64,000 nucleotides of DNA from Trichosphaerium sp. ATCC 40318. Taxonomy: Eukaryota; Protista; Tubulinea. Of this stretch, positions 1-12,700 are shown piece by piece; the stretch's first letter is position 1, and every line of letters begins with the position of its first letter. The position numbers were made by a program, and so were the translations under genes. The stretch is taken from assembly GCA_038496445.1 (NCBI GenBank), contig JALMLS010000013.1, positions 62,001 through 126,000 of the forward strand, given 5' to 3'. Under the pieces are notes generated by a model. The model was not told the DNA's origin and did not search any database. It saw only the letters and a program-made list of their open reading frames with translations.

Positions 1-16
1 AGTAAGTTATACACGT

Positions 17-408
17 ACGTTGATTTTTTGAAGCAAAACATACAGCAAACAGTGTTTGAGGCATTCATACCGTGTTTGGCGGTAATGCGATAGCTTTGTA
101 GGACATCATACCTTTTTAATTCGCTTTTAGCGCATTGAACACCTCTGTGGTTTGATCGTACCGTGTACAGTTGGCGTAGGTAAAATACTGCGATCATCAA
201 TGGTATGTTGAAACTTACATTGAAAATTTTGCTATCACTTACCGTAAGGTACCTAAGTCATACAATGAAGGACAACATTGTAACACAATAGTTCACATTG
301 TGATAGATCTACACCATTTGACAGAAGTGTCAGATCTTGCTAGATCTGCTAAAAGTGCTAAAAACTCACTTTCTAGAAAATATTAGTAAAACTTGAATGA
401 GACAGACA
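17..408 (+). repeat. Dispersed repeat, copy 1 of an element family ending in CTTGAATGA(G/T)AC(G/A)GACA
   Basis: Aligns by eye with 39796-40141 (e.g. GATTTTTTGAAGCAAAA..TACAGCAAACAGTGTTTGAGGCATTCATAC; GCGTAGGTAAAATACTGCGATCA). Both copies end at the same terminal motif. Confidence 0.85.
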
Positions 409-632
409 ATATTTTATAAAAACAGATTTGACTGCAAAATATCAAGTTGTCAACGTAAGATTTTTTGGGACATTTGCTTCATTCTGTTTAGTTAATAGAT
501 AATCTCTCAAGTAACATTATCATGCAGATCATTTCAAGTACAGAAAAGACTACTTGAGGCATTATTTGGGGTGCAAAGAAGTGCAATACTCGAAGAAAAT
601 AAAAAGCTTGTAAGATTAATCATTTAGTTTGT

Positions 633-2061
633 TTACTTGAAAAAAGTAGGCCAGAAGGTCACGTTGCTGTTGACATGTTTGCATCCTAGATAATCAGTCA
701 TTTTCTTTGTTATTTGAGTGCGTTTACAATCAATATATTCAAGGCTTGTTAAATTAACAACGCCCTTGTCTGTGATTTGTGTACACTCTGTCAGATCAAT
801 TTTCTTAACACCAACAAGACTGTTCACTCCATCGTCAGTAATATTCTTGCATCCGTAAAGGCTTATATGTTTAACACCAACTAAGTATCGAATGCCTTCA
901 TCAGTCACACATTTTGCAAAATCAAGGAAAATTGTATGTACTCCGGCAAGTGCTTTCAATGTACTGTTGTCAACACAAGCAATACTTGTCAGATCAATCA
1001 CTTTTACACCAGCCAATTTCTTTATACCATCATTTGTTATAGATGAGCACATACCCAAATCTATATGATAAACTCCCGCTAAACACGATATAGTACCATC
1101 GTTTAGTTGAGCACAATCAAAAAGGTCTATACAAGGTATACCAGCCAAGAGTTTCAACACGTCATTTGATAGTTGAACACACGTGTCAAGTGAGATTTTC
1201 TTGATTGTTTTTGAACGTTGATTCTGTGTTAGCAAGTACTTGACTCCTTCATCAGTAATGTTGTTACAATCGCTTAAAGAGATTACACTTGCTTTTGTTA
1301 AAGCTTTTACAGCTTTATCTGTAATATTAGTTTCACTTACGTTTATCGTATGTATGCCATGTGAAATGGTGATAACTCCTTTGTCTGTGATATTTCTACA
1401 ACGACTCAAGCTAATACTATGAACTCCAGAAAGTGCTTCTAGTCCTCTATCTGTGACTTCTGTGTTTGACAAATCGATTGAATGAATACCACTAAGTCCT
1501 TGTAACCATTCATCTTTTAAATACCCTCCTGGTATGCTAAGTGTATGAAGTGATCTTAAACCAAAATTTGTAAACTTGCAATCACTTTTTCGTATCTCTA
1601 ATTCCAGATGACGTACATCCGATATATGTTCAAAAACAGCATCTGTTAACAAACCTCTGCCCTTTAATACAAGGTGGCGGACACCAGAGATGTATAAAAA
1701 GTCGTCATCGGTCATTGTAATGCCAGAAATAGATATTTTCGTATTTTTTAAAATAGGACTTCTGGAAAGTTTTGATAGATTTTCTCTTGATTTGACATTC
1801 ACTTTAAAATACCCCAAATGCTCTAAAATGATTGTAGAAAACATTCTACACACAAATGTTGCTTGTATACGACATCTTCTGCCTAATAACGCCAGTATAC
1901 AAAATATAATTTCAGTAGGCAGCCAAAGCAATTCAAATGGCCTGTAAATACAAGTCAGATAACAAGATATCATTTGAGAGTAGAAAGGCAGCTATATAAT
2001 TGTTGTATGTATTTATATGCACTAACACGTACGCAGGAATATCTGTTGATGTGTGAAGCAT
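633..2061 (-). CDS. F-box / leucine-rich repeat (cysteine-containing LRR, FBXL-like) protein
   Basis: F-box-like LLWLPTEIIFCILALL..FVCRMF, then many repeats of type IxLxxCxxITDxGVxxL. A short first exon MLHTSTDIPA (ATG 2061, GTACGT donor about 2032) splices in frame to TTACAG about 1942. Confidence 0.85.
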
Positions 2062-2976
2062 GCTCACTATGAAAATACTGTTGAAATGATGCTTATTTGT
2101 TCAGAGTTAAACAAACAAGAAAGTCGAAGAAAACGAAATAGGTTAATGTCCAGGAAGTACATTCATTGATCTCCTTAAAACGAAATATCTTTCTGAAACG
2201 TGGGCTACATCAGACCTTTGTAGTTGCGCACACCATCATTATGTAGTACAATTAAAGTCTATTCACTTGTGAAACCACGTGATTTGGTTTTTTTCAACAC
2301 TTTCGAACGGACGAGTTTTTGTGTTAGGAAGCTAAAACCTTGACAGTTTGCAAAAAAATAGACAAGGAGCAACTTTAAGCACTCGGTTAGCTAAATGAGT
2401 TTAAGATATTGAGATAACAATTTTCTTATTTGAAAAACCAATTTCAAAGTAACACGTGGTAGCTTTCTACGTCGACGACTCGAACAAAAAACGACGTTAC
2501 CAACTTTAGCTTCGAATAATCATGGTTGCAAGCGGGGTTGTTTGAGTGCGCTAACTAACTACATTTGTGATGCTCTGATACAAAAAAAAACAAAGTTGAT
2601 AGCTGTACACGACATTGTGTTATTCTTTGTTTGCACAGTTGAGAGAAAAATACAACAATCCAATCTTAACTCAAAACCGCTGTATGTAGTTTACGCTGAA
2701 GCCTATCTAGCAAACCTACAGAAGGCAGTAATAAACTAAAGTACATACGTGCTACACCATCAAAAAAACCGCAATCCTTCAAAGTTACACTGTACAGCAA
2801 GCCACAAGCTTTAGACAGCGAAAATAGTTGATTTCTGTCCTCAGAATTCTGTTTTCATAATGCTCTTGTTAACAAGACCAAAAAGTTAACAATCTTTGGT
2901 TTTTCAGTGAAATGACAAAAACCGAAACCAAAAACAGAAACATAACAAATAAACAACACTAAACACACAACACATC

Positions 2977-4598
2977 ATGTATTTCTGGGGAAGCGGTAAT
3001 AAAAACGTAGTATCAAGAGTACAAGGCCTTACAAACGATTCACGCGCAAGACAAATTGCTGGTACGTTCGATATCGTTAATTAACGCTATTTAAAGTACT
3101 TACATTGCGGTTGTAGGAAAATATGGTCTTTCTATCACAAATGTTACTTATGAAGACAACGGACGCTTTAAAAACAGTTGTTGGGGTCCATGCATCAGCG
3201 ACATGACTTTACAAGGTAAGTATTGCAACCGACTCTTTTTTCTTAAAACCACTCCTAACTCGTTTAAAACTAGTTGACGGTTCTCGTTTACCTGTAATTC
3301 GATCACCAAACTTCGAAGATTTGACTTGGGACGTTCCTATGGAGAAAATTCCTCTTGTCGTCGGAAACGAAAAAGGACAACCTTTGAGGACGATTGCCTT
3401 GTCTGAGTATTTACAGAACTATGAATACTACCTCTCAAACACCAACTCATATCGAAGTGGTTCTCTTTACAACGCATCACGTGACTCACATGTGATCATG
3501 TCGGCTCAAGCGTGCATGCTTCCAATTTCCAAAAATAACGAAACAAAATTCAACGTATGCTTGTTCAATTATCAAAGCACAGCAAGCGATCCTGCTGTAC
3601 TCGTTATAGTAGCAAACGCAAAAGGAACATCCGCTCAAGTAGTAGATGGTAACTATCAGGTACGAACAAAGCTTTTCAAGCAAGAACAAGATCTTTCAGT
3701 GCGAACGACGATGTTTGACTGACACTTTTTTTTACAGGGTCAAAAATTATTCTTTAACAAAAACGGATCAAGATGCTCTTTTGTTGGACAACGATTAAGC
3801 GATAATAGAAGAGAAAGAGGTGTAAGAGATAGAGGACAACCAATGACACAACAAGAGAAACAAGAAAACGTTATTCTTGTTATTCAAGTCCCTCTTAAAA
3901 AGAAAAGACCTGTTGCGTCTTATCCACCTCCTCCTGGATCATTTTACTCTATGGAGTGCAACGACATGTCATTTGGTGGTGGTATGAACTGTGTTCCGCA
4001 ATCGGCACCAATGAAGAAGAAGTGTAGAAAACGTGGTAGTAACGTCGAAAACGCAATTGTCAAAGTTGGTAGATCAGAAGGACACTTCAGTGAGTTAAAT
4101 GGTACGTTCAAGGAACTTTGGTTTTTCTTTTTTTTTGTTTTCTAGTGTTGAGACTTACTCTTGTTTTCAGGACTTTCTATTGAACGTGATACTCGATTCC
4201 CAGTCCGTGTCACATTACAGTACTATAAAGGAACAGATAATGGCGTTGTTAATGACTCTGTTATGTCTGAAATCTCACAACAACTACGACAAGCAAGAAA
4301 GTACGCTGATAATATTGGATCTTTAGTCGTTGGAGGATACACCAACCGTCCTACCGAACATCACGTTCCAAATCCTGCGCCATACAGCGTATGCCCTGCG
4401 CCAATATGGTGGGAAGACTTCTGGTGCATGTACGGTAGCACTTATCCGCAATGGACGAAGGAAGCTGCAAGACAACGTCTCTTTCATGGAGGTAGATACA
4501 TTAATTCATCAATGACTCAAGTCAGAGATCAAATGTTAGATTTACTTGGAAAAGACGAAATGCAAAAAGACGCTGCAACGTGGAATGTTGTATGGTAA
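2977..4598 (+). CDS. Hypothetical protein, 5 exons
   Basis: In-frame GT-AG splicing gives MYFWGSG..VTYEDNGRFKNSCWGPCISDMTLQ..SAQACMLP..ERDTRFPVRVTLQYY..WNVVW*. Function not recognised. Confidence 0.75.
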
Positions 4599-5210
4599 AA
4601 CAATCATCAACATGTCTTCTCAGCACAACGGACATAAACCCAAAAAAGTGTAAATAAAACTTGTATTTTGCAAAAAAATAATTGGATTTCTGTTGTTTGT
4701 TGATTATTGAACTTTTGTTTCCTTATCCACACGAGGGTTCATATCGCAACAATGCTATTAGTCTAAAAATCTGATTTACTGATATTTAGAACAGAACGGC
4801 TGTCCAATAATTACTGTTAGTTGCTGTGTATAACTTCAAAAAATTGTAACGTTGAAAAACAAATTATTATTTTTTTGATGTATTTTACTATACCAGAATT
4901 GTGACTAGCTTTGAGTTACCGAGCACAAATCACACTTGCTCCAATACCAGACTTAATTTGTTTACAAAGCTTCACGTTTATTGGAGCCGGCTATAGTGGT
5001 TTTTTCTAAAATCGAAAGAACTGTGTTGATGTCAAATAGTGGAGTTTTTTATTTACAGTGCACTCTATGTGACTTCAAATCATTATGCGAAGTAGAACAA
5101 GTACATCATTATTCTTCTAATATTTTGCATGACGCAAGTGTTTGTACTAAAAGATAGTTAGAAATAAAATAAGAAAAAAATAGGATTGTTTGAGCTGTAT
5201 CATAATAGTG

Positions 5211-6776
5211 TCATACCTCTTCACGTTGAAGCGTATCGTCAAGAACTGAGTTAAGATTACGTTCTTGAACATTCGATGTATGTACTTTAGTGAACTCAAG
5301 GTTAGGAGTATACTTGATACGCATCCTTTGAGTCATTTCATACCGAATTGCCTCTAAAAAACAGTTTCAATATTTAATACATCATTACAGGAACATGTGG
5401 TTTTCAAAAATAGTCAATCACACTCAGCAATATAGCACAAGTATGTTAAAAAAATATATTCGGGTGGTAGAGTCAAGATAGGGTGTCAAAGAAGTGGTAT
5501 TTGTTGAAAGTCAATAAAATTTTTGATTGCAATAAAAGGCTTGCGTACTTTGGTGTCGATGAAGCATCAAAGCTACTTTTTCTTCATATTCTGGAGCACA
5601 ATCCCATTCTACAAGAGCTATACTAATATCTTTTTTCATTTCACACGATACAAAGTCCAAACCAGCATTGAGCTAACAACGTTAAAAAAATTCAAATAAA
5701 AATTCAAATAAAAATCCAAAACGGTTTTAGAAACGCTCAAAATAGCCCACAAAGGCATCCTGAACTATAGAATAGTATCATAGTTAGAGGATGATGGTAT
5801 TTAAAAGTAAAAAAAATTGCGAAGTGGAAATGAACGGTCTTGGTTTTTTTTTTTTGCTTTTAATTTTCCGTACAAAATTGAAGCCCAAATCTGTTGAATG
5901 GGTTGATATGTGTATAACAGCAGAAAGCAAGTGCTTCTTTACTGCACTTGCAATTACTTTTTGACGTCTTGTTTTGCCTTCATGATCTTTTTTACGCCTT
6001 TGAATGAACTCATCAGAAAAAATGTGGAAAACCTCAGACGCTGTATGCTACGCGCGTAGATCGCAATTCCAAGGTTTTGATAGCGTTTGAACCAAAAAAA
6101 AAGCCAAAAGAGGTATCAATCAGGTTAGGTACCTCATATTCTGGAATTCTCCTTCTGCTTTACGTCTAGCGAGCTTTTGCCATTTCTTATCTACTTTAGC
6201 ATCACGTTCTTTCTTTGGACCGTAAGGATCAATGAACCAATGCTCATATTCTGGTGGCACTAGCGTGTTATTTACAAATAAATGCTCAGCGCCAGGCTAG
6301 TACTTGTTTTAGAAGAGTTTTTGTACAGAGTAGATGAAAAGATGCCTATACGCTATAATAAACGTATTCCAGGCGATTTATCGGCATTAAACGCGTACCT
6401 CGCCTTCCCATTTTAATCTCTTATCACGAAGCTCAATAAGCTTACCAGGATCACGTCTAGACCGCTTAGGGATTTTGTAGCGACCAATTTTCTTTGGTTT
6501 ATCAAACCATGATTTGGTGCGTGTGAATTCACGTAGAGGAGTGTATAATGATTTGTGGTCCCACCTGTACGTACCAGCTGCAGTTGAGTTAAAAAAAACA
6601 AAAAAACGCAACAAAAACATACGCTGATCCGATGGATCGAATTTTGGCTTCTTCTGGCGGATGTCCATGCGATCCTTCAGTGGCGTGCCAAGATTTTCTG
6701 TATACTTCGTACGCACTATTTGGCGCGTACTTGATTGTACAACATTCCTGGATGGCAGGACACGCAAAGCGCGCAT
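5211..6776 (-). CDS. RBFA: Mitochondrial ribosome-binding factor A (RbfA family)
   Basis: Arg/Ser-rich presequence MRALRVLPSRNVV; RRQKVIASAVKKHL; C-terminal RbfA motif AIRYEMTQRMRIKYTPNLEF. Exons join through canonical splice sites. Confidence 0.7.
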
Positions 6777-6818
6777 GTTTCGTTAATTATGAAAGTGTTG
6801 AAGTTAAGTTTTGCTTTA

Positions 6819-8505
6819 ATGGCAAACAGATACAGCAGACACTCTTCACGATACTTGTTGGTACCAAATGGTAATAGAGCCAACGTGAATGACAGCGTAC
6901 GGAAGAATAGTAACTACAGAAGCAATATCACGCAGCCAATGGAAATATGTAACTATAGGATTACAAACGGGCGATTAACAACACCGGCTGAGCCGGTAAG
7001 CTTTTTATAAAGCAAAACTTGTTGTTAACACACCAAAAGTACGAGCTCCAAGACGTGACGCTCCCATTGGATCTAAATATTGGGTTTTCACCGTCATTGA
7101 AGGAAGTAAACGATACTAGCCTTCAACCAGTTTTAGACACACTTGTGACATCGAAAATACAGGTGAGAACGCCCACAGAGCTATCTAACCAGTAACGCCT
7201 TTCATTAAACCGATTTCGCTTAGTGTAACCGCTACGACTTTATATCTTACAGGAACAACTTCAACAAGATACTAAAAACCTGTTACAACAATAGAGACCC
7301 TTGGCAAATAAACGGTAAGTTTTTTTTTTTAAATTTAACTTTTTTTCCCACTCACCCTGTCTGTTTAACTTATGACGTTCTATAATAGCGTACAAGTTGA
7401 ACGGCACAATATATTTTGATATTGTAGAGTTACCAGGTCGGCATGACGATCAGGACGAGAGATCCAAGCGATTTTGTTATTGGGGGTAAGAAAATGCTTT
7501 TTTATTCCTTAACACACTCTTACTGTTCATTAACATAACGGTGTAGGCGTAAATTCGAAGATTATTGTACACAGAAGGAGCTTGCAAGCTCGGAGGATAA
7601 AGATCAATTTTGCTCAGTTGTAAAGTTTTCTCTGGACAAACACAAGTACGTCATTGTCACAACTGGCGTTATATCGCGTTGGCGATTTACTTTGATAGCA
7701 CCTTTCGGTTTTTTTTTTCAGAATTTTTTTTCTACTTTGTTTGCACGTGATTGTCATGTGACGCTCGTTAAAATATGTGCAAAATTTTGCTTCTTTTTTG
7801 TTGTTAACAAGAAACTGTTTTGGGTTTTTTTACCGTTGTTTTGTGACTTGTTTGTAGAATTTTATTGGCTGCTGAGATTGATTGTTTTGAGACTTTAAAA
7901 TCTTCTTCTGGAAGGACTTCTAAGCAATATGTTGAGCTTAAAACGTATAAACAAGTAACACATAAGTCAGAGTATTCGTTTAAACGTTATAAATTACTTG
8001 CGTTCTGGATACAGGTAGCGTCAAGGAACATCTCAATCTTTTTTTAAATTAAAGCTTAGTCTTTTATTGCTGGTGTTCCAAAGATTGTTTGTGGCCACCG
8101 TGATGCTGATGGATTCGTAAGAGAGATAAAGTAAGATACTAGTTAATTGGATTATTCTCATTTTACTTCACAAGGACGTATGAAACGACAAAGCTGCCAC
8201 GAATGGCTGGGAAGTTATGGGTATGTTTTTTTTTTACAAAACAAACTTTAGTTTAGCTCAGACTTACAGTCTTACTTTAGAACGCACATAGTTGTCTTAA
8301 CTTTCTAAACACTGTTTTGACTCTAACAAAACGTATTGTGAAGGAAGGAATAATGTATAAGTTATCTTTTGAGCATCCATTCCGAGAAGTTACAATTAAT
8401 GAAATTGGAACAACTGATGGATTTCTACCTGAAGAATATAAACGTTATGCTACATCTCAAGAGACGAAAACTAATCAAAATAGTACGAATGATACTAATC
8501 AATAA
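6819..8505 (+). CDS. DXO: RAI1/DXO family decapping exoribonuclease
   Basis: Family motifs [46 protein letters not shown] across exons. Confidence 0.85.
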
Positions 8506-8614
8506 CATATAAGATAATGAAAGCCTTTGATGACAATGCTATTGTTCGTAATTTACCTTTTTTTTACCCGACTTCAAAATGCGAAGAAAAGTTTCGGTTA
8601 ATGGTTTTGGACTC

Positions 8615-8719
8615 CATCCCATGTAGGACTCATTAAGCCTTTTTTTTTTGGCCGAACCTGCGCGGGACGAATCCCATACGGACCTTAACCGTACGCCTTA
8701 ACCACTCGGCCAAACATGC
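8615..8719 (-). pseudogene. Chimeric / interrupted tRNA: tRNA-Leu(AAG) 5' part + 22-nt insert + non-cognate tRNA-like 3' end
   Basis: Minus strand reads ..GCAGGTTC|GGCC-A10-GGCTTAAT|GAGTCCTACATGGGATG. The acceptor strands do not pair. Confidence 0.6.
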
Positions 8720-8809
8720 CTTAACACACTGGATATTCACTTTGGTGGTGATTGGATACCCAAAAGCAGCCTAAAAGTGGTACCTTTGTTTTACCGAATA
8801 TCAAATTCC
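8654..8809 (-). repeat. Perfect 156-bp inverted duplication of 9361-9516 (90 bp of upstream flank plus tRNA-Leu up to the T-loop TTC)
   Basis: Base-for-base reverse complement of 9361-9516. Confidence 0.95.
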
Positions 8810-9450
8810 TTTTCGTTAAAAATTGACTCTTTCTTCATTTCTTGGCATCCACATTATGTCATGTAATCTATAATGCTCAATGCCAGGTACAGTCTTAAAA
8901 CGCTTTGCTTATTGCAAATGCTTATGAACGCTGTTTCATCTTCACGCTCTACAAAATAATTTAATAATCAATCAAATTCCTGACTTTAGAGTAATTGAAC
9001 TAGGGACGTTATTCTTCCATATCTCGCTGACCTCCAGCCACAAAAAGTACTTGTTGACATTTCCATAACAGCTGACAATTTTGTAGCACAAACATAACGT
9101 ACTGTTTCTTCCAAACATTGCAAGATCCAAACATAAAGAGGTATGAAAGAAATATTCTAGAATACAATATCAAAAACATCACTACAGGCAAAGTGGCGCA
9201 AAAAACAACAAAAAAGTGAAATGAAAAAAAAACAAAATTAGCACAGGAAGTTCTCTTTGGAAGTGCAAGACGTATAACCGTATATGATCAATATATCTAC
9301 CAGATCTGCCTAATGACGCTAGGAGTTTGATTATATACAAATCAAAAAGTTGGACTGTCCGGAATTTGATATTCGGTAAAACAAAGGTACCACTTTTAGG
9401 CTGCTTTTGGGTATCCAATCACCACCAAAGTGAATATCCAGTGTGTTAAG

Positions 9451-9533
9451 GCATGTTTGGCCGAGTGGTTAAGGCGTACGGTTAAGGTCCGTATGGGATT
9501 CGTCCCGCGCAGGTTCAAGTCCTGCAGCATGCA
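9451..9533 (+). tRNA. trnL-AAG: tRNA-Leu(AAG)
   Basis: GCATGTT/AGCATGC acceptor stem, D loop GAGTGGTTAA, anticodon arm TACGG-TTAAGGT-CCGTA, long variable arm, T arm GCAGG-TTCAAGT-CCTGC, followed by a T-run. Confidence 0.97.
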
Positions 9534-9753
9534 TCCGTTTTTGCTTCTGTGTACTTTATGCACTTTTTGAAGACAGTAAAATGCATTTTGAGCACTTTTA
9601 TATTTTTTCATCGACTTTTGCGTTTGTTTTAATTCACTGAACGTTCCTTTTTAGCAACTTAAACTCTGGTGTACTTTATTGTTAACAAACACCACATTCC
9701 CGGTATTTGCTCGTAATACAATTAATAATTTTTTTTCCGTTTTGCGTTGTCGT

Positions 9754-12700
9754 TTATTCGCTTTGTGGAGATTCCATTGCTTTTATCTTTATCAAATACT
9801 TGATGTAGCGATGTAGTAAAGCCTCGTCAGCTTTATAACACACGACATTAAGTTTTTTAAGTGATGAAACACAATAGTAATCGCTAACTCTTGATGAACA
9901 AGGGAATTCGCCTCCTGCAATACTAGATGATTGTGAGGGAGAGTATTGAGTCAATGAAGATGGTGCACTTGAAATGAGACTATACATGTTTAAGACGAAA
10001 GTTTTAAAAAAGGACAGTGTTGTCATCTCCGTCATAGTGTTGGTTTTTTTTGCTGGTCAAAAAAAAAAAATAAGGTGCTTTACATCCTTGATACTTTTCA
10101 AAAGCCCAAGTATATGTTAGGGACGTTGCAAGGGTTATGAGATAGAAGAAAAATAAATCGTACAAATTATGGAGTGGAAAGAGAGCGCAGGAAGGATCTT
10201 CATAGACTTCACTCAGCCAATTTCTGTAATGCTTGAAATTCTCTAGGTTATATCCAAAAGAAACTAAGCTCTTTGTGACCATATCAAATGAGATAGGATC
10301 TGAGTTTACATGATAAGCTCTACCTCTAGAACTCTTCTGTTCACTAAACGAAACAAAACTATTAGATAGTTGTTCTTTGCATTCGATTACTCGCTTTCAA
10401 ATTAGTACCTTAATAAAACTATTGCTTTGCTTACATAATCTACTGGTGTATATTCTACTTTTGAGTAAGTACATGTTGGATACATACCTAGGCAGGTGTT
10501 AATCAAAACAGGAAAAAATCGAGTATTGTATTATCAAAACAAAAAACTTAAACTGTTTACCCAGCTGAACGATTGTAACAAGAGTTCGGTTGATAAAGTC
10601 CTCTTGCTTTAAGTGACCTGTAACGCTATGACCTAAGAAGAAGGAAAAATTAAAGTCTGAACATACAAGTGATGAAAGTTTTAGCAAACACACCACTTAT
10701 CGATCCAGGTCTAAATACTGTGAGTTCCAAGTCATCATTCTTTTGAGCATCCCAACATAGCTTTTCAGCCATATACTTAGAGTGAGCGTATTCTTTTCTT
10801 ATAGGCGGAGCTGTATCCTCAAGTCTATCAATAGACTTAGCATTCAAAGAAAAATGTCACCTTCGTCTGTACAAAAAAAAAAACCAAACAAAAGAACACG
10901 TGCTTTCTGTTTTCAGAGATGTGGACGCCAAGCTTTTTGTTTTGCCAGACAGATAGCGTTGATACAAAATTGAACGCCACGTTTTTTCCCTTTAATGCCA
11001 TTTCTATCAATGTAGCAGTACCACCAACGTTGACAGGTTCTAAAGCAGAATACGGTAGTAACTACAATTAAACTTTGTTAAAAAAAAGCTACTGCATAGA
11101 GTCAATGATTTCTGGAATTCATCGACTCCTATATATTTTATGGACCTACCCAGTTTACAATAGCTCCATTGTGGTATATTGCGTCAATATTTTGAGAGAC
11201 AGTCTTAAAATCTACAGTAAAAGTCAAGGGTGTTTAATCATAGTTAGATAAGAAAAAAGTGAGATACCTTCTTCGTGGATCCCAAGCTTAGGTAATCCCA
11301 AATCACCTTAAATATGATTAGTTATTATGTTATATATTTTGCAATATTACCAAGCAATATTGTTATGCGTTTGTCTACATCAATGTTTGGTAAGCCAACA
11401 GTCTTTAAGATTTTGTCAATATTCTTTCTTGCTGCTTTAGTATTTTTGCGTCTCATTAAGCATATCACATGGACGTCTGTCTTCAACAAATCGTGAAGTA
11501 TATACATTCCTAAGAATCCAGTACATCCAGTCAATAACGCAATCCGTTCCTTTTTAGAAAAGGTATCACTTGTGAACTGCTTTGACCTGACTTGTGCAAC
11601 AGAAGCACGTTTTCCCACTTTTTTCTTTTTTCTTCTTTTCTTCGTTTCATCTTTTTTCGTCTCGTCCATTTCTCCGACTCCTCGTCTCTTTGCTTCAACG
11701 ATATCAATGATATCTTGTAAGTTTGATGCTTCAAAAACCTTAAAATAGGATTATTTACTAAAAAGGTCACGTGACATGAACTTACGTCCTCAATAGGAAC
11801 ATCTACTCCAAGTGTGTCTTTGATCAAACTAGTAAAGCGAACAGCGCTCAAAGAATCTCCTCCTAGAATTACAATAAGCGCCCAAAGAAGTAGTATCTTT
11901 TAAATAAGTTCATTTTAACAAACTAGTGTAAAGCAAAGTTAGAGCCAGCACTCTCAGTGTGGCGGGTTGGTTTTTCTAGTTCGCTTAACTATTTCATTAA
12001 CTTGCGTTTCTTAGTCCAATGTGTTGCATTGTACGAACCTGATTGCATGAATCCTTCTGTTTCTTTCACGTTTGTTTGTAAAGCATCTTTAGCATTACTT
12101 AGAATGATCTCTTTTGTCACACTGTTCATGACATTATCGATATTCTTTGTTGATGTAATAGTCTTTGATTTATAAAGTCTCTTGATTTCCTTTTTATAAG
12201 CTTTTTCTAGTTCATGTCGGCATAGTTTATTAGTTGCTGTTACTTGTCCATTTTCAATTGTAAACGCATTTGGTGTCAATGAGATATTTTGAGGGATCTC
12301 ATAGGCTTTCAACTAAAAAAACTCAATTAGAAAGAAGATCTTGTAGAAAAAAAAGCGTTTCATTCTCTTTGTTTCTGAAGGTACACTAAAACTTTTTACA
12401 CAAAGCGCATTATGACCCTTACAATAAAGTATAACTTAACAAAATAAACATGGGTTACTTCAGTGCTTACTAATAACACCGAAACCAAGTAAAGGTAATT
12501 TCAAATTAAGTTTTAAATCAAATCTGCCTTCTTTCTTACCTTTTGTAGTGCTGCTTGTTTTATCATATTCTCCTGGATATGCGTTATTAGCTCACTGCTT
12601 TTATATATGTCTTCTTTTCCAGAAACCTACAAGTTAAATTACGGAGCAAATCCACAACGGACAGGATGGCCAGTCAAAAAAAAAAAAGAAAAACATGGAT

